Below, in pieces: positions 6,587 through 9,869 of a stretch of 9,869 bases of DNA (its first letter is position 1; each line of letters opens with the position of its first letter). The stretch is taken from NCBI GenBank assembly GCA_964565945.1, contig CAZMGY010000013.1:1-9869 (forward strand), written 5' to 3'. The notes under the pieces were generated by a model, which saw nothing but the letters and a program-made list of their open reading frames with translations, was not told the DNA's origin and ran no database searches. Source of the stretch: an uncultured bacterium. Lineage in GTDB: Bacteria; GCA-001730085. The translations under genes and the position numbers were made by a program.

Positions 6587-7100
6587 ATGAGGTTATGGGC
6601 AATGTTTTTAGTATTTGCTATAATCACAGTGGCGTCAAGAGAGGCATGGGCTCTGGCCATATCTACGAAATTGGGTGGTTTGGATCAAATGCTTGAAAGG
6701 TAAAGGGCAACGTCAGCTATCATCAACCCCCACTGAGGTAAATGCTTTGGACGCGGTGATGGAAATGTTGTCTGACACTGTTCCTCTAACACAAGAACTT
6801 CGTGAGAAAATTAAACAAGATATTAAGAAACTGCTTAGAGGTGAGACAGACTATCTTGCGCTGGCCTAGGGTTTTGCCAGGGTTAAAGCGGGTCTTTCCT
6901 ATATATCATTGGAGCAAACAGATAGTCCTGGAACATTTCACGTTTCAAGCTCAGAAAAAACCAGGGTTTTTTCTGAACAAATCACAAAGCTTCTAGGCTC
7001 CTACGTAGATGAGGCAGATTACGAGGCCTTTTTAAATTCCAAAAGATATCAAAAGAAAGTCGGTAGTTACTTAGCCTTAGATTTGAGGGGGAATTGGTAA
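6587..7100 (+). pseudogene. Decayed paralog of the secreted modular repeat protein encoded at 8179-9869
   Basis: The stretch 6587-6700 (frame 2) encodes MRLWAMFLVFAIITVASREAWALAISTKLGGLDQMLER. By hand count it is ~85% nt-identical to 8191-8294 (MRLWATFFLFAMITVVSTEAWSLAPSTKLWGLDQTLED), but it hits TAA at 6701-6703. Homology resumes in frame 3 as TPTEVNALDAVMEMLSDTVPLTQELREKIKQDIKKLLRGETDYLALA. This matches the module-A start of the intact gene (ANTLDAVMEMLSESVLLTQELREQIKQYMGSLVGADKDYLMAV). An in-frame TAG follows at 6867-6869, then GFARVKAGLS...DYEAFLNSKRYQKKVG (compare FAFARVKAGFS...YRAFLDANAKDQQQG), ending at TAA 7098-7100. Relative to the intact gene, ~65 nt after the signal peptide and the 60/61-nt coiled-coil insert are both missing. 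Confidence 0.7.
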
Positions 7101-7875
7101 TCCTAGAAGTTGCTAGTCGTGTTCAAGGATTTAAAGGTCAAGCTAATCCTTTTGATACTGGCGCTCGCGGTATAACTCAAAAAGAAGTTCAGTTTAGAGA
7201 AACGGATGCTGGTGAGCTTAAAACAGAAAGAGTTTATCTTAACTGATAAATCAGAAGATAGTCTGTTTGCGGGTGTTACTCGCTGGAGTGCCAAAAATCG
7301 TCGTTGGGTTAGAATTATTCGAGTTAAAAAGAGCTTTTCTTCGGAGTCTGTGTTTAAGTACACGGCTTTGTTTGAAGCTATCAAAGCTTCGATGATGAAA
7401 GAAGCGGAGGTTGCCTCAGAAGCAAAAATGCTTACCAAATATGGTTTAAGTTCTGAGGCTATTACGGCGGACACTCAAGAGTATATTATGGTTCTTGGAT
7501 GCTTCAATGCTAAAGTTCATGCTTTAGCATGGGCTAACATGAAGGTGCCCGACTTGTACGCTTTTGGTGGAAGGATTAACAGAGTACCAGGATTCTCTTG
7601 AGGAGCTTAAAGATCTAGGTTTAAAGATGCTGGCTGTTCCTAGTGATTCGGTAATAGCTTTGGGTGAGGCTATTAAGCAGGCTCAAGCTATTGGTAAGGA
7701 AGATCTTCAAAGACTTCTTCAGAAACTACTCTTATTGATTAATATGGCTCAAAACACGTTAGATGCTAAGATGAGAGGAGCGTCTTTCTCTGCTGTTATT
7801 GAGGGAACATGGGTCGTTAAAGGAGTAAGCTTAGCTCGGACGTTTGAATGGAACTCGACCTTATATAGTGCCTAA
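7067..7875 (+). pseudogene. Chain of three overlapping + strand reading frames (2 -> 3 -> 1) of unknown function: a frameshift-disrupted gene, or the C-terminal part of the decayed paralog
   Basis: Frame 2 is open 7067-7246 with no ATG (..LEVASRVQGFKGQANPFDTGARGITQKEVQFRETDAGELKTERVYLN*). Frame 3 is open 7176-7601 (track ORF 7206..7601). Frame 1 is open 7543-7875 (track ORF 7564..7875, TTG start). Each segment overlaps the next by 40-70 nt, all have protein-like composition, and the last ends 31 nt before a terminator hairpin. I recognised no homolog. Confidence 0.4.
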
Positions 7876-7905
7876 AAGCAATGGGCTACAGAATAAGTTT
7901 CTGAA

Positions 7906-7941
7906 AACCTCATGATGAAAACCATGGGGTTCTTCTTTTTT
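7906..7941 (+). terminator. Rho-independent terminator
   Basis: The stem AACCTCATG (7906-7914) pairs with CATGGGGTT (7923-7931): 9 bp including one G-U pair. The loop is 8 nt (ATGAAAAC). It is followed by CTTCTTTTTT (7932-7941), 31 nt downstream of the TAA at 7873-7875. Confidence 0.65.
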
Positions 7942-8083
7942 ATATTACTATTTCATTTTGCGGATGTTACTTTCTGGAGGGGCCAAAAAGGGGGATTGAT
8001 CTCTATGAACCTTCTATTTTTGTGTTAAGCCTTGTGTTGAGCATAAGCTTTGAAAATCATTATTATGCTATTTAAAAAAAAAT

Positions 8084-8112
8084 TTGATAAATATCGAATG
8101 AGAGATCATAAT
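8084..8112 (+). promoter_or_regulatory. Sigma70-like promoter candidate (TTGATA - 17 nt - CATAAT)
   Basis: TTGATA lies at 8084-8089, a 17-nt spacer at 8090-8106, and CATAAT at 8107-8112. The site is ~65 nt upstream of the proposed ATG at 8179, after an A9 tract. This is a motif match only. Confidence 0.3.
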
Positions 8113-8178
8113 AACTGGCAGTTAGAATTGAATTATGTTTGTTGCGCAAATAATAATAGGGTGAGGAGATGGGAGATA

Positions 8179-9869
8179 ATGAAAAATACTATGAGGTTAT
8201 GGGCAACGTTTTTCTTATTTGCTATGATCACAGTTGTGTCAACAGAGGCATGGTCTTTGGCCCCATCTACGAAATTGTGGGGTTTGGATCAGACGCTTGA
8301 AGATATGGTCGATTGGGGTGAGCAATTGAAGCCACAAGGTATTCTTCAAGCTACGCCACAGCAGCTTAAAGGGGAACAGCAGTTATCACTAGCAGAACAG
8401 CCTGGTTTAGAGCAGAATTTGGAGTATTTAGAGAAAAAATTACAGTCTCAGCAACGTGAACTTCCCACTGCTGAGGCAAACACTTTGGACGCGATGATGG
8501 AAATGTTGTCTGAAAGTATTCCTCTAACACAAGAACTTCGTGATCAAATTGAACAATACATGGGGAGCCTAGTTGGAGCTGAAAAAGACTATCTTATGGC
8601 GCTTTTTGCTTTTGCCAGGGTTAAAGCAGGTTTTTCCGATATAAAATTGCAGCTAACAAGTGCTGGAACAGTTGAAGCTTCAATATCAGAAGAAAGTAAG
8701 TCTCTTTATCAACAAGTCCTACGGGCTCTACTCAGCGGCTTGGGAAATGGTGAGCTCGAAACCTTTTATGATCGTTACAGGGCCTTTTTAGATGCCAACG
8801 CAAAAGATCAGCAGCAAGGCACGATGTCAATTTTGGAGCAAGAGAGTGTCTCAGATGAACAGACACCTCCAACTGAGGTAAATACTTTGGAGCAAGAGAC
8901 TGTCTCAGATGAACAATTATCCCTCATGGTGGCAAACACTTTGGAGCAAGAGACTGTCTCAGATGAACAGACACCTCCCACTGAGGTAAATACTTTGGAG
9001 CAAGAGACTGTCTCAGATGAACAGACACCCCGCGCTGAGGAAAAAATTTGGGAAGAGGCGGTGGAAGGGTTGATTGCAACTACTAAAGTGAAAAAAAGAC
9101 TTCGTGGTCAAATTACAAAAGAGCTTGAGAGCCTGGTTGGATCCGAGAAAGATACGCTTGCGGCGGTCTATGCTGTGGTCATGGCTAAAGCTGGTCTTTC
9201 CGATCAAAAATTGAATCGAACAGATAGTGATAAAACAGTTGAAGTTTCAAGCAAAAGTACCAAGTTGCGTTGTAATCAAATGGCAAAGGCTCTAGAGCCC
9301 TACATAACCGATTTGCGTTACAAGGCCTTTTTAGAAATCAACCAAGAAGATCAGCAGCAAGGTGCGATATCAACTTTGGAGCAAGAGACTGTATCAGATA
9401 AACAATTACCCCTTATGGTGGCAAACACTTTGGACGCGGTGATGGAAATGTTGTCTGAAAGTGTTCTTCTAACACAAGAACTTCGTGAGCAAATTAAACA
9501 ATATATGGGGAGCCTGGTTGGCGCTGACAAAGACTATCTTATGGCGGTCTTTGCTTTTGCTGGGGTTAAAGCAGGTTTTTTTGATAAAAAACTGCAGCTA
9601 ACAAGTGGTGGAACAGTTGAAGTTTCAACATCAGAAGAAAGTAAGTCTCTTTATCAAAAAATTGTAAAGACTTTACTCCGGGGTCTTGAAGAAACTGTCG
9701 CTGACGTCTTTACTGAGCGTTATATGGCCTTTTTAGAGATCAACCAAGAAGATCAGCAACAAGGCGCGACGTCAACTTTGGAGCAAGAGACTGTCTCAGA
9801 TGAACAGACACCCCGCGCTGAGGAAAAAACTTGGGAAGAGGTGGTGGAAGGATTGTCTGTAAGTCCTGA
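8179..9869 (+). CDS. Secreted modular repeat protein, 3'-partial (563 codons, no stop before the window end); absent from the supplied ORF track
   Basis: I translated frame 1 codon by codon from 8179 to 9867 and found no stop. The final bases are CCT GA, so the terminal TGA is out of frame. Start ATG 8179 has GAGGAG at 8163-8168; ATG 8191 is an alternative. The signal peptide is MKNTMRLWATFFLFAMITVVSTEAWSLA|PS. The body is A-type modules (ANTLDAxMEMLSES..LTQELRxQIxQYMGSLVGAxKDYLMAxFAFAxVKAGF.D.KLQLTS.GTVE.S.SEESKSLYQ...FL....DQQQG). These alternate with a diverged B-type module (EEKIWEEAVEGL...VKKRLRGQITKELESLVGSEKDTLAAVYAVVMAKAGLSDQKLNRTDSDKTVEVSSKSTKL...YKAFLEINQEDQQQG). The modules are joined by TLEQETVSDEQ linkers. 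Confidence 0.85.
   Translation, partial: MKNTMRLWATFFLFAMITVVSTEAWSLAPSTKLWGLDQTLEDMVDWGEQLKPQGILQATPQQLKGEQQLSLAEQPGLEQNLEYLEKKLQSQQRELPTAEANTLDAMMEMLSESIPLTQELRDQIEQYMGSLVGAEKDYLMALFAFARVKAGFSDIKLQLTSAGTVEASISEESKSLYQQVLRALLSGLGNGELETFYDRYRAFLDANAKDQQQGTMSILEQESVSDEQTPPTEVNTLEQETVSDEQLSLMVANTLEQETVSDEQTPPTEVNTLEQETVSDEQTPRAEEKIWEEAVEGLIATTKVKKRLRGQITKELESLVGSEKDTLAAVYAVVMAKAGLSDQKLNRTDSDKTVEVSSKSTKLRCNQMAKALEPYITDLRYKAFLEINQEDQQQGAISTLEQETVSDKQLPLMVANTLDAVMEMLSESVLLTQELREQIKQYMGSLVGADKDYLMAVFAFAGVKAGFFDKKLQLTSGGTVEVSTSEESKSLYQKIVKTLLRGLEETVADVFTERYMAFLEINQEDQQQGATSTLEQETVSDEQTPRAEEKTWEEVVEGLSVSP
8403..8463 (+). repeat. 61-nt segment identical to nt 441-501 of the coiled-coil gene's tandem repeat (dispersed repeat, in frame in both genes)
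   Basis: TGGTTTAGAGCAGAATTTGGAGTATTTAGAGAAAAAATTACAGTCTCAGCAACGTGAACTT occurs at both 441-501 and 8403-8463, read by eye with no mismatch. It encodes GLEQNLEYLEKKLQSQQREL in both genes. It matches the copy-2 variant (GGAGTAT) and not copy 1 (GGAATAT at ~207). Confidence 0.9.
8476..9869 (+). repeat. Higher-order module repeat: A-type module at 8476-8829 and 9421-9774 (offset 945 nt); a 783-nt A+B super-unit (9001-9783) restarts at 9784
   Basis: GCAAACACTTTGGACGCG occurs at 8476 and 9421. CAAGAGACTGTCTCAGATGAACAGACACCCCGCGCTGAGGAAAAA occurs at 9001 and 9784 (783 nt = 261 codons). The offset 945 equals 783 + 3x54, so it is explained by the three extra linker copies. The repeat is still running at the window edge. 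Confidence 0.85.
8830..9045 (+). repeat. 54-nt (18-aa) in-frame tandem repeat x4 (acidic linker ..NTLEQETVSDEQ..)
   Basis: TTGGAGCAAGAG starts at 8833, 8887, 8941 and 8995, exactly 54 nt apart. The conserved core is TTGGAGCAAGAGACTGTCTCAGATGAACA. The variable 3' third reads ACACCTCCAACTGAGGTAAAT, TTATCCCTCATGGTGGCAAAC, ACACCTCCCACTGAGGTAAAT and ACACCCCGCGCTGAGGAAAAA. Single dispersed copies lie at ~9375 and ~9778. Confidence 0.9.

Noticed and set aside
6867-6869. In-frame TAG as stop-codon recoding or readthrough (e.g. pyrrolysine or an alternative genetic code)
   Set aside because: TAG cleanly terminates two well-supported genes here (4590-4592 and 6158-6160). The same locus also has a TAA and a frameshift, which together fit decay better than recoding.
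7103-7474. Minus-strand 123-aa ORF
   Set aside because: Every supported gene and the terminator at 7906-7941 are on the + strand. The translation is S/L/F-rich and low-complexity, and the ORF mirrors the + strand frames. I treat it as antisense noise.
8050-8178. Longer N-terminal extensions of the repeat gene from in-frame TTG 8050, ATG 8065 or ATG 8098
   Set aside because: They would bury the signal peptide 30-45 residues inside the protein. They have no RBS and run through the A9 tract and the promoter-like motifs. Homology with the paralog begins only near the ATGAAA/ATGAGG starts, and GAGGAG at 8163-8168 supports 8179.
8403-8463. The 61-nt shared segment as a DGR template/variable repeat pair
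   Set aside because: The two copies are identical, with no adenine-specific substitutions. No reverse transcriptase or accessory gene is in the window, and the segment is short.
8830-9045. 54-nt repeats as a CRISPR array
   Set aside because: The units are directly contiguous with no spacers, lie in frame inside a long ORF, and vary in their 3' third. No cas genes or leader are present.
9013-9207. Minus-strand ORF 9013..9207 (64 aa)
   Set aside because: It lies wholly inside the open frame-1 repeat gene and has no supporting signals.

Overview
Every gene I can support is on the + strand, and the window splits into two parts. The sequence looks AT-rich by eye; GC was not computed.

(A) nt 1-6464 is a tightly packed, apparently co-transcribed block.
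- It starts with the last 3.9 kb of a giant coiled-coil gene. That gene is open at the left edge, begins with near-identical 252-nt in-frame tandem repeats, and ends in a HEAT-like repeat.
- Its stop overlaps (TAATG) the start of a coiled-coil/TM/SPOR-domain protein.
- Next come a signal-peptide + TPR + 2xPDZ protein, a bactofilin fused to an excisionase/MerR-type HTH, and a small HTH protein with a C-terminal TM helix.
- The last two genes are bridged by a G12 homopolymer.
- I read this as a candidate uncharacterised cytoskeleton / division / envelope-scaffold module.

(B) nt ~6470-9869 is a locus of a secreted, highly modular repeat-protein family.
- A promoter-like site is followed by a decayed paralog. 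It has a signal peptide, a premature TAA, a frame change and an in-frame TAG.
- A chain of frame-shifted ORFs then ends at a rho-independent terminator.
- A large intact ORF runs from 8179 off the right edge (563 codons with no stop). The supplied ORF track does not list it.
- That ORF is built from alternating ~115-130-aa modules joined by 54-nt (18-aa) acidic linker repeats.
- It also carries a perfect 61-nt copy of a segment of the coiled-coil gene's tandem repeat, in frame. The decayed paralog lacks this segment.

I found no tRNA, rRNA, CRISPR array, transposase or integrase. All domain calls are motif-level readings of the translations; no HMM or BLAST was run. Taxonomy cannot be fixed from this window. 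SPOR and bactofilin indicate a bacterium with peptidoglycan.
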